A stretch of DNA of 23,029 nt from the NCBI GenBank assembly GCA_001179505.1, contig CDMY01000765.1:1-23029 (forward strand), given 5' to 3'. The notes beneath the pieces were generated by a model. That model was not told where the DNA came from and made no database searches. It saw nothing but the letters and a program-made list of their open reading frames with translations. Made by a program: the position numbers and the translations under genes. Source of the stretch: Vitrella brassicaformis CCMP3155. Lineage: Eukaryota > Protista > Chromerida. This document shows, one piece after another, positions 1 to 10,788 of this stretch (within the stretch, counting starts at the first letter, position 1; each line of letters begins with the position of its first letter).

Positions 1-1808
1 GGCATCGTAGTCGCCCTCGCTCGGCAGCTGAGGTGGCACGCTGCTCACATTTGGTGGTATGATGGCGCCGTCGGATGCACGGATGGGTCCGTCGATGTCT
101 GGAAGGCTCACGCGGGTGCTGACAGGGCGGGCCGGCCGCTTGGATGGCTGAGGAGGGATGAAGGCGCGACAAGGGAACGGGGCGTTGCACGCGGCCGCCC
201 ACGCCGCCTTCATCTGAGGGGTGAAGGACGAGAAGTCGACGCGTGTGGCGCACGGGCCGCTGTAGACGGTGTCTGTGGGCAAGCAGAGGAGGGAGCCGCG
301 GGGCTTTCGCCACCCCAGCGGACACTCGGCAGTGAAGTCGTAGTCGCACGCTGCCCTCGGGGGCCACATGAGGTGACAGCGGACAGCCAGACGATACTTG
401 CCCTCCTGCAAGAAATTGACACACAAATTAGGGGCTCGACGCATACGAATGAGCCAGTGGTGCGGTGGCCCACCTGGTCGACGTCGGCTGTGATGAGTGT
501 GGATGCACAGGGGCCCTTGTAGTGAGGCGGAGCTGTGCATGCGGCCGTGCTGTCACTCGCAGACGTCCAGCCGAGAGGACTGCATCAGGTAGACACACAC
601 GCAATCACTCGTTGTGTGTGTCCCTTTCGGTGCATCCGAGGATGGTTTACCATTTGTGTGTGAGGTCCATGTGTTGTCTGTCGTCGCATGGCCACTCCAC
701 CTCACATGCGTGCATGAAGATGTGCTTCTCCTCATCGCTCAGCAGGCCCACCGGCTGTGTGGCGCCGCACCGGCCGCGGTAGTAGGCCGGTGCCGTGCAG
801 TGGGTGTCGTTGACCTCGGCCCACCCCAGCGGACACATGATTGAGAAGTCTGGCTCACACGCGACGCGGCACGGCCAGGACACACCGCACTCAGACGCCC
901 ACACGGCCTTCAGCCGCTCGTCGTGCCCTGACACATCCACAGACAATTGGATGCAGCCATCGTGTCGCTTGTCTGTGTCGTGTTTGTGTGGCCACTGACT
1001 GACCAGTGAAGTCGGCCTCTCTGATGCATGGTCCGCGGTAGGTCGGTGGGGCTCTGCAGCGCTCACCACCGACGCTCACCCAGCTGAACGGACCAGACCA
1101 TCATCACCATCACCAGAACAAACCAATCATCGGAAGTGTGTCTCACGCACTCCTCTCTGATGTCTTCCTACGTACCCCTGCGGGCAGCTGTATGAGTAGT
1201 CGCGTGCGCATTTGGCGCCGGTCTTTGGCCACTGAGTGCCGCAACGCTCCTCGTGGTCATTCTTGGTCCGTGGCGTAAACAATGAAAAGTCATCGTTCCC
1301 GTTGCACGAACCCGTGTAGGTGGCGGGAGCTGACGATCGACAGACACACATACACAGAGACAGTGTGCCTCATCCTCTCCGTGTCTCCAATTGAATAGAT
1401 CTCTGGCTGACCGATGCAGTGTTTGCCATCTCCCTGGTCGATCCAATCAGCGGGGCACATGGTCTGATAATCAGGTTCGTTGCCGGCAGAGTCCATCAGT
1501 GAGTCCGGGTCAGGCAACCCTTCGTCCCGCGCCGCCTCAGACACAGCCGACAGGGCCATCTGCCGCGCCTCGGAGGGCGTCAGTCCGCCAGTGGACAGCA
1601 GCAGACCCGTGAACAGATGGCTTGTCACAGACGAGAGGGGCTCGCCGCCGCCGCTTGCAGACATCGATGTCTCCACGAGAGCTTTAGTCGCCTTAGCGAC
1701 ATCGGCCGCGAGCGTGTCGTTCAGCTGAGGCGGAGGGGTGGTTGATGAGTCAGCGCCAATCGAGAGAGAGAATGTCGCCAACAGCAACAGTGAAAGAGTG
1801 AGCGTCAT
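1..1808 (-). CDS. CPW-WPC domain protein (5 repeats, N-terminal signal peptide); 3' end runs off the window
   Basis: Exons 1808-1412, 1329-1176, 1083-1004, 927-651, 579-474 and 405-<1, all GT-AG with the frame preserved (473 aa inside the window). It starts with a signal-like segment MTLTLSLLLLATFSLSIGA. Five repeats follow the CPxxW...C.AP..Y.G.C...C...WPC pattern: CPADW..CIAPATYTGSC..CGTQWP; CPQGW..CRAPPTYRGPC..CGVSWPC; CPLGW..CTAPAYYRGRC..CEVEWPC; CPLGW..CTAPPHYKGPC..CHLMWP; CPLGW..CLPTDTVYSGPC..CNAPFPC. A Pro-rich tail follows. Confidence 0.92.
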
Positions 1809-1976
1809 CGCGGTCACACACTCGTTGAAACGGCGCTCCTCTGAGAGACTGACAGGCGAGACACGAAAAACCAAAGAATCAATGTGTACGTACGTGTGTA
1901 CACACACTTTTCGATCAAAGCAATCACAGCAAGTCTCTTTCTGACGTGTTGCTTCATCTGCTTTGGTTGAGTCACG
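1809..1976. promoter_or_regulatory. Putative bidirectional promoter/5'UTRs between CPW-WPC and BT1 genes
   Basis: 168 bp between divergent ATGs (1808 on -, 1977 on +). Contains GTGTACGTACGTGTGTACAC at 1884-1903. Promoter function is inferred from geometry only. Confidence 0.55.
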
Positions 1977-2456
1977 ATGGCTGAGCAGAGCTCCAACAAG
2001 AGAGGCCTCATGGCGAGGATGGCTGACTCACTGCGGCTCGGTGTGGACGTGTCTGAGTGGTTCGGAACGGACAGCACATTCTGGCTGACCTACTTCGCCG
2101 TCTTCCTCGTGGCCTTCACCGAAGGTCACACAGTCACAAAACTGACAGTCACATTACCAACCAACCAACCCTGTCTCTGTGCTCTCTCTTTGTCAGGTCT
2201 AACGCACCTGAGTGGACTGGCGGTCTACGTAAGCATCCATCCATTCATCCATTCATCCAGCCATCCAGCCATTCATACATCTCTCTCTCTCTCTGTTGTT
2301 GGTGTGGAGTACACGTTCAAGGACGACCTGCAGCTGGCGCCTGCCAGTGTGTCCTTCATCTTTGTATTCCCTGCCGTCGCGTACATCATCAAACCTCTCT
2401 ACGGCTTCATCTCAGACACCTACCCGGTAATTCATCACACACACACACACACACAG

Positions 2457-2495
<39 letters not shown>

Positions 2496-4558
2496 CAGCA
2501 GCATGACAGTGGATCTGCGTGTGGGTGTGTGTCCTGGTGTGTCTTAGATCATGGGAATGAGGAGGAAGCCTTACATGATGATGTTCGCCTCGACACAGGT
2601 GCTTGCCTTCCTTGTGCTGGCCTTCCTGGTGCGCAATGTCGTCACGGCGGTGCTGGCACTCATCTTCCTGGCCGTGTCCGCCGCATTCACCTCCTCCATG
2701 GCTGAAGTAACAAAAGACACAGCACAGCCACTCAGGGCAGTGTGTCTGCACATTTAAATCCAATGACGTGTGTGTGTGTGTGGCATGCAGGCCTTGTGTG
2801 TGGAGTTGTCTGCCCACGCCTCGGCCAAGCTGACCGCTGAGAGCATCATGAGCCTGTTCGTCACGTCAAAGGCATTCGGCAACTTGGTCAGCCAAGCCAC
2901 CCAGGCCCAATCTGACTGCACACACGGCCCCTGTCTGTCTGTCTGTGTGTCAATCAGCTGACGGCTTACTCGTCGGGGCAGCTGATCGAGTACACGTCCA
3001 AGCAGAACGTCTTCCTCATAACCAGCGCATTTCCGGTGAGCAAGGAGAACACACACAGAGCGACACACAGACATATGAACGCGCTTGTCTTGTGTGTGTG
3101 TGCAGGTGTTGATAGTCGTGGCTGCGTTGATGATGCGCGAGGTGACGACCCTCCCGGCTCAGATGCAGCGGCAGACGGCCTGGCAGCAGCTGAGGCATGT
3201 GTGGGACTTCATGCGCCAGCCTTTGCTCTTGCCGACCATCATCTACGTGGTGGCCTACATGGGCGGACCGGATTACGACGACGCGCTGTTCTTCTTCTTC
3301 ACGTCAGCACACACAGAGAGAGATACGGCAGGACAGGTCGATACACGGCGCGTGTGTCATCTGTGCAGGAATCGCCTCGGCTTCTCACGTCTGCACCCAC
3401 AAATACACACATACACACACACAATGTGTGTCTCCCTCCCGCCCCTGTCTCTGTGTGTGTGTGCCAGCGACGTTTCTGGGCTCGATGCGCCTCACATACG
3501 GCGTGGCGGCGCTCATCGGCGTCGGCATCTATCAGCTCGTCACCAAAGTGCCACTCAAGACGGTCAGCAGACACACACCCAGAGCAGACCTACAACACGA
3601 AAAGACACCCCCCTGCGACAAACAGATCCTGACGTGGTCGATTTTGGTGTCGCTGCCGATCTACATGCTGCCGATACTGCTCGTGCTCGGTGGCCAGACC
3701 GCCACACACAGAGAGACAGCATCATGTGGGTGTGCACTGTGTCTCCATGTGTGTGACCACGTCATGCAGGTCTGAACTCGCGCATCGGCATCTCCAACGA
3801 AGCGTCCGCCTGCACATCACACGCATCACACAAATCGCACAAACATGCATGTCTGCCTCTGTGTGAGGCATACGTCAGGTTTCTGTTGAGTGGCGGTTCT
3901 CTGCTCGAGGCGACGGCTGAGCTGCAGATCTTACCTCTCATCGTCTACAGCTGCAAAGTCTGTCCAAAAGGCATCGAAGGTCTGTGAATCGATGGATGGA
4001 TGGATGGCCTGGTGTGTGTGCCATGTCTGTGTCTGTCTGTCTGTGTGTGCGTGGTGGATTGGATGAGTGCAGGGACGGTGTTTGCCATCCTGATGAGTGT
4101 GCGCAACGCCGGGGCCCTGCTCAGCAAAGCCATGTACAGACAGACAGACACAGGCCGATGTGATGGGCACACCCCTTTCTTTCTCTCTGTGTGTGTGCCG
4201 CTCCACCACTCAATGTACTCAATGTGCTCATCTCTCTCTCAGGTCCTCATTTTTCACCTACCAGCTGGGAATCACAGCCACAGACTTCACCAGTGAGTAA
4301 CCGACCACACACACCACGCCACGCCCACCGACACACCACACCCACACATATATATTATATGCATATATTTCTCTGTCTCTCTATTTATGCCTACGATGCG
4401 TCTGTATAGATCTGCCGCTGTACGTGTGCATCTGTTCTGTCTGCCTGCTCCTGCCCCTCCTGCTGCTCAACAACATCCCAGACGAGAAAGACATCCCCGA
4501 GGTCATCAGAGAAGAGGAAAAGGCCCTGCTCGGCGAACCGTCTCGAGAGGCAGCATGA
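1977..4558 (+). CDS. Folate/biopterin transporter, BT1 (FBT) family, MFS fold
   Basis: 15 exons: 1977-2124, 2197-2228, 2310-2426, 2548-2706, 2791-2886, 2958-3035, 3106-3302, 3369-3388, 3468-3562, 3626-3689, 3770-3803, 3879-3979, 4073-4133, 4243-4292, 4410-4558. These total 1401 nt (466 aa). BT1 motifs: YTFKDDLQLAPA, IKPLYGFISDTYPIMGMRRKPY, FFTNRLGFSPTFLG, CKVCPKGIEGTVFAILMSVRN, LGITATDFTNL. It has many hydrophobic helices. Confidence 0.93.
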
Positions 4559-4683
4559 ACCAAGGAACGAGTCAGTGAGAGCGGGAGGGAGGGGCACCAG
4601 CACCCACAAGGACCGACAGAAACACACAAAAAGGACAGCCCCCTCATCCACACACACTGTGAGTGAATGCATGACAGTGATCA

Positions 4684-5844
4684 TCATGACTCCGTGAGAA
4701 AGTCCGTCTCCACGAAATACCTGACGCACATCCAGACACACAAAGCCACCCATACACACCGCGACACAAGCATGTACGCCACACACTTAACTTACTGGAA
4801 GCACTGCAGCAGCAGCGTCTCGAAGTCACGTATCTCCGGCGCCAGCAGCTGGTACAGGAGGGGCGGCCGACGACGCATGATGGTGGGGCTGCTGTCGCCA
4901 TCTGCGAATGACGTGTACCGGGGCCGCTTGCACAGCCGACGCTCATCAACCTGATGACATGACGCACCAGAGTACATCCATCAGTGGCATGGCGTGTGTA
5001 GATATACGCGTCATTCTGACCTGTCCTTCCTCCAGCTGAGTGTCGTCGCCAACTGCGTCGCCGTCGAAGCTCTCACCTGCACGAATGCACGCAGGCAGCC
5101 AGGCAGACGCATACCAACACAGGCAGCTCTATTTTGCTAATCGTGCTGACTCACCTCTGCCCCTCCCCCGCCCAATGCCTCCTCGTCCCCGCCCTCCACG
5201 GCCCCTCATGAGCCCACGGCCCCGTCCCCTGCCGCGGCCGCGGGCATCGGCTGCACACCCGAAGGCAGGGTGCAGGTGCCGCTGCTGCTGCTCCAACATC
5301 GCCGTCCGACCGAACGCAGACCTCATCGCGTCACGCAGCAATCCTGCATGCATTGAAGAAGAATCAGTCGGAGGGGTTCGTGTTGCGTGTGTGTGTGTGT
5401 GTGGATGCGTTTCTGTGTGCGTGTGCTGGTGGCTACTTTCGAGGGCGCTGCTTGGTCTGGGTCTCTTGGCCTTGGTGGCGGATTTGCCGGCAGAGCGCCG
5501 CTGACGCACCTCAGCCACCTGTGAATGCACCAGACACAGAGGAGAGGCAGGGGCATCCTCACACTTGATGGGAGCATGTGTGCAGGTTCCCTCTTACCTT
5601 TTCTCTGGTCGGGAAGTTCGTCTTTCGTGCGGCCCGCCATGCGGTGATCTCCTCGGGCGAGTCCACCACACTCCTCCTGCACACAACAGATGACGGCGCA
5701 TAGACACGCAGAGATGAATGACGCCATATAGATCTGTGTGTATAGGAATGTGTGTGCGAGAGGTTTGCCTACCCGTCTGTTGCCTTCATGTGTTTGAACC
5801 GATGCACACTCATGATGTGGGGAGGGCCACTACACACCCCACCA

Positions 5845-5878
<34 letters not shown>

Positions 5879-6579
5879 TACATCAGATCGCGGCTCTGAT
5901 CCAGTCCTTACTCTCCCCTCCTGACCTGAAGTTGCATCCCTCCACTGGGCACGGGATGTGCTCCTCCTCCCTGTGCTGTTCCAGCGCCTCCTGCGTCTTG
6001 AAGCGCTTGTCGCACACACGACACCACACAAACTCAGACTCACGATCACTGACACACACACGCACATCCCATATAGTGGCATGGTGGCATGTTCTGCCGA
6101 CACGGACAATCGGCTGCCTCGTGTCCTACCGTTTCCGGCCTCTATTGCTGTTGCTACCATGGTCACGTCCCCCGTGCCCCCTCCACGGCCGCCTCTGATA
6201 GCCGCCTCGCATAGGAAGGGGAGGACAGGAGGCTCCACCCATTCCCATCATCTGGTAGCCCGCTGCAGGGATATGCATGCAGCCCGGATAGTGCCCGTAC
6301 GGCTGTGGCTGTGGCGGCCATCCGTAAGGCCGCCAGCTCATCGGAGGTGGTGGCACGGGCAGATAGGTCGACTGATGAGGATGGTGATGGTAACTCGGCT
6401 GCCGCCTTGACGGAGTGTGGCCACGATGAGGCAATTGCTGGAAGAAACACACAGGGTTTTCATTCACACACGAGTGCATGTGAACCACCACACACCTGAT
6501 GATTGGAAGGGCCTGGCCTTGGTGCTTCCTCCGCCTCTTGGCCTCGCTTCTGAAGCGCCGCCCACGCAAGTTTGTTCAT
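4684..6579 (-). CDS. NUFIP1: NUFIP1/Rsa1 box C/D snoRNP assembly factor (2 C2H2 fingers, PEP motif, RGG tract, C-terminal ZNHIT3/Hit1-binding motif)
   Basis: 10 exons: 6579-6496, 6437-6130, 6048-5926, 5829-5773, 5676-5598, 5518-5437, 5343-5155, 5076-5021, 4950-4796, 4720-4684. These total 1170 nt (389 aa). Fingers are CRVCDKRFKTQEALEQHREEEH and CPVEGCNFSGPPHIMSVHRFKH. The PEP motif is DSPEEITAWRAARKTNFPTREK, and the C-terminus is LLYQLLAPEIRDFETLLLQCFQYFVETDFL. Confidence 0.88.
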
Positions 6580-6790
6580 TGTCGAGGCACAAGAGGCTTC
6601 CCACACACGAATCGAGCGCAGAAAAGCTGGGTCGTGCCGTCTTTTTTCCTTTTCCGTCTGCGAGCTAAGCTTCGGCGATCCCTTTGCACCCGGTGAGGAA
6701 GGCGTTTCAGGCTAATTCGAAGACATAGGGAGACAAGGAGTGCCATCCGGACCACAGATCATCCATTGATCTGCGAAGTGATTCCACGCG
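6580..6790. promoter_or_regulatory. Putative bidirectional promoter/5'UTRs between NUFIP1 and eIF2B gamma
   Basis: 211 bp between divergent ATGs (6579 on -, 6791 on +). Inferred from geometry. Confidence 0.5.
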
Positions 6791-7888
6791 ATGGAGTCGG
6801 CATCGACGGCATCAGCGACGGAGGCAGCGCCCGAAGATGCAAAGCTGCACGAGAGATACCAGGTCACGTTGGCACCGCATCACTCACTGTCTATATCTGG
6901 GGCAGCACAGGTGTTCGTTGTTTACAGCGTGTTTTTGTCGCCTCTCTTGTGTCTGTCTGACTGTCTGTGTGTGTCTGGCTGTGTGTGTATGTGTGTGTGC
7001 AGGTGGTGATATTGGCCGGCGGGACGGGCCACAAGCTGCGAACCTTCACCGAAACCTGCCCCAAGGCACTGCTGCCTATTGCAAACAGGTCAGTGAGAAG
7101 CACCCACACACAGACAGACAGACAGACCATGTGTGTGTCCGTGGCTGCACCCAATCGACCGATCAGGCCGATGATATGGTACCCGATGAAGATGGTGGAG
7201 CAGTACGGCTTCCAGGAGGTCATCATCCTCACACGCACACACATGGAAGCCGACATACGCCAGGCGCTCGAGAGGCAGCAGCAGGAGACCGCCGACATTG
7301 GTGTGCGGTGGGAGGTGGTGGCATATGAGGACGAGGACGAGCTGATGGACACTTTCGAGGCACTCGCGCACCTCGAGGGGCACATACAGGTGAGCAGGGT
7401 GATGCCGTGGCTGTGTATGGGATTTCTTTGTGGTCTCTCTCTCTCTCTCTCTCTCTGGTTCTGCATGTGCAGAAGGATTTCTTTGTGTTGAGTTGCGACC
7501 TGGTGGGAGATGCCAACCTCAGGGCGCTTGACGGTCAGGGAGTGAGCGAATGATCGAATGCAGCACCGCATGTCTGTCTGTCTGCCTGGTATTGCTCATG
7601 GCCCCCCGGGTACATCCATCCATGCAGGGGTGCATCGGCAGGGCGGCGACGAGTCGAGAAACGCGTGCTCCATCCTTCTCGGCAAATATGGTGGGTGGCC
7701 ATCAGAAACTCAGACACAGACACCGACACAGACACGCGTGATGTCTGTCAGTTGAGGAGCCGCCTAAGGGCAAGGCGCCCCCCAAGCCACAATCAAAGGG
7801 CATCAAACAGCTCGTCAAGGTGAGACGGGAGAACACACGCACCCACACGCACAGGGAACGTCGAGTCACGCCTCCGATCTTTCCGTTT

Positions 7889-7932
<44 letters not shown>

Positions 7933-8873
7933 TGTTAGGACAATCCTGCCCTTTGCTCGGCCGTGTTGCAGTACCTCCCGTCACCACCAGCAGCATCAGG
8001 GGTCGGCTTCGAGGAGGCGCCCATTGCCAGGGTCCTCAGAATCACCGACCTGGAAGGTGAGACGAGACGCACGCCCACCCACTGAGCGGTCCGCATGCGT
8101 TCGTTGCATGCGCCTCAGGCAAGAACCTAAGCGACCCCAAGACTCGCGTGTGTGACGAGGGCGGCATCATGCTCCTCAACAAACTCGCAATGCACACATT
8201 CGGGTGGGTGAGCAAAGAAGCCAGACAAGGACGCGCACACACGTGCACACACAAACAGCTTGTTTATGTCTGCGATCGATCAGGTGTCAGTTTCTGATGG
8301 GTACCTTCCAGGATCTGCACGTGTACCTCTTCAGCAAGAGCGTCCTCTCACTCGTGCGCATGAAGGAACAAGATGATGACCAAGATGATGACGAGGAAGA
8401 TGACGATGACGATGACGATCTCGATGCCGGTGGTGGTGGTGGTGCGAGAGGTGCGGGTGAAGGTCCGCGTCAAAGCCCGCCCGTCAAGGCGTTCGTGCAG
8501 GACATCATCTCTATCAAGGTGCGGGTCGGTGGTGGCCAGCACGGCTGTGCATGCGTGTCGGTTTTGCGTGTATGTGTGTCTGCAGAAGCAGTTGGTGCCC
8601 TTTCTGGTGAGGCGGCAGCACAGCATCGACGCAGAGCGTACGAGAACACACACCACATTACACCACGACCACCAAACCACACGTCACGGCTCTCCCCCTC
8701 TCTGTCGCTTCATGATCAGAGTGGAGTGGTGTCAGCGATCCCCGTGCAGCCCCGCCCGTCACCCACAACGAGCACCTAGACGCCAATTCCATCACTCTAC
8801 AAGACGCAGCGACGCTCAAACCGGTCGGTACCTGCCCACACACACACACACACGATGACACGAACACACACAC

Positions 8874-8909
<36 letters not shown>

Positions 8910-10052
8910 AGGGGTGCGGCGGAGGTGCGGGCGTACGTGCAGGAAATCTTCCCCCTCGACTCGTCCCACCCCTCCCGCACCGCTTCCGTGTGCGAGAGGG
9001 TCATGACCAAGGCCATGTACCGAACACTCAACCTCAAGGCAAGCTGCCCTCTCCCTCTCTCTGTGTGTGTCTCTCTCTCTGTCTACACACATCGTCTTTG
9101 TATCTTTGTATGTGTGTGTGTGTGTGGTCGTGTAGCTGATTGGCAAGGACAACACGGGTTTGCCATTGTGGCTGAAGCCGAGCCGCGCTGACCCCGACCA
9201 GAAGGACACCTCCATCAGCAAAGAGGAGCTACGCGTAAGCTAAGCAGAGAGAGATGCACTTGCGTTGCCTGGATGTGAGAAATCTGCGGCCTTTGTGTAT
9301 GTGTCCGGTTGTTGTATGTGTGTGGTGTGTCGTCAGTTCCGCTCTGACAACCTGTTTGCGCCCGACTCCTTTCCATTGCTCGACAACCCCAACTTCAGCG
9401 AGAACGGCATCAAGGCCACCAAAACGGTCTTCGGTGAGAAGAAAAAGCAGGGCAGACGAAATACATCCATCCGGGATGGAAGGATGCATTGACATTGACG
9501 GCGGAGTGTGTTGTGTTGTGTTGTGTGGGTTGTGTGGATGAAGGTCGGAATGTGCGTGTGGGGTGTAAGGTGAAGGTCAGCGAGAGCGTTATCATGGACA
9601 ACGTCACCATACAAGATGGGTAAGGAAGTGGGTGTGGCGGCTGGGGAGGGAGGGAAGGAAGCTGGAAATGGGGAAGACAGACGCACACACGGACATCATT
9701 TCGTCCCCCTCTCTCTGTGTTGTGTCGTGTTGGTGTGTCGTGTGTCGTGTGTGGTGTGTGCAGTTGCAGCTTGAAGGGCTGCATCGTGGGCCGGGGCATC
9801 ACCATAAACCAAGGCAGCGTGGCAAGCAAACCAAACCAGCCAGGCATAACACACGCTTGTCAGTGCAGTGCCAGCATGTATTGTATTGTGTGGTGTGCAG
9901 CTCAAGAACTACAGCGCCGCCGAGGGGGAGGACATCGAACCTGGAGGTACGTGGGTGGGCGGTGCCTTGTGTGGCCTCCTGTGTGTGTGTGTCTGGATGC
10001 ATGCGTGTGTGTCTATGCAGAGGTGTGGGAGGACAAAGACTTCAACGAGTGA
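6791..10052 (+). CDS. EIF2B3: Translation initiation factor eIF2B gamma subunit (nucleotidyltransferase-like domain + short left-handed beta-helix)
   Basis: 18 exons: 6791-6862, 7003-7088, 7167-7389, 7473-7533, 7628-7690, 7752-7819, 7939-8056, 8119-8203, 8284-8518, 8586-8637, 8720-8823, 8910-9038, 9136-9234, 9337-9433, 9544-9619, 9764-9821 (or 9818), 9901-9946, 10021-10052. About 567 aa. Motifs: YQVVILAGGTG..L..FT..CPKALLPIANRPMIWYP, DFFVLSCDL, DLHVYLFSK, SIKKQLVPFLVRRQ, and hexapeptide-type repeats (VGCKVKVSESVIMDNVTIQDGCSLKGCIVG). There is no C-terminal HEAT/W2 domain, which favours gamma over epsilon. Confidence 0.85.
8373..8447 (+). repeat. Exonic GAT/GAC and GGT trinucleotide tract encoding an acidic/Gly insertion in eIF2B gamma
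   Basis: Translates as DDDQDDDEEDDDDDDDLDAGGGGGA inside exon 8284-8518. Confidence 0.8.
8837..8906. repeat. Intronic (CA)n...(TG)n self-complementary microsatellite
   Basis: CA tracts at 8837-8853 and 8864-8876 are directly followed by (TG)15 at 8877-8906, all inside intron 8824-8909. Confidence 0.9.
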
Positions 10053-10538
10053 TGATTGGATGGACGGATGGACAAGAATGTGTACGCCGAAGAATCTAGT
10101 GGAGCGGCTCACATTGTGTGGGATGGGTTGTGATTGTGCTCATGTGACGACTCTTTATGGACGGATCTGTGCCGTCGTGTCGCTCTCTGGGGTGTGTGCA
10201 TGCCTTGAGGATAACAATGCGACAGCATCAGTCTGTACGTCGGTCTCGAGCAATATCGAGGGACACACACACACACAACACACACACACATGGAAGGCAA
10301 AGGGGCGGGGGTGTGCGAAGGCATCAGGCAGGGGTAATGCACCGTCAAAACATCATGACACGCGGTCAGGTCACACAGAGACGCACACACACAGACTTTT
10401 ACTTTACAGGCTGCACACACGAACGCATACACACACATGGACATGGTATGAATGCGTCCATCCATCCATCAATCCATGCCAGCAATCATCCACACACTCT
10501 CATCTCACTTTCTAAGGCACAAATACTAAGGTCTCTCC

Positions 10539-10572
<34 letters not shown>

Positions 10573-10788
10573 GCACTCAACCAACAACCAGCCAGCAACA
10601 TCGGCCGGCCATTGGCTTCAACAACAGCAAAAGCGACTCGACCCAGCCACCCCTCCATCCATCCCATCGTATACTTGTACTACAAATACACACACGCGGT
10701 ACGCCACCCCACACCCTCCTCTGTCTGCCCCAGCCAGACTGACCCGTCCTTACTTACTGATGTCACCCGCCCCGCCCCGATCGCTCAC

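Noticed and set aside
6791-7389. Nucleotidyltransferase (GDP-mannose pyrophosphorylase-like) call for the LAGG motif
   Set aside because: The catalytic motif is degenerate (GGTGHKL rather than GGxGTRL), and the downstream DLHVYLF and IKKQLVPFLVRRQ motifs plus the short beta-helix fit eIF2B gamma better.
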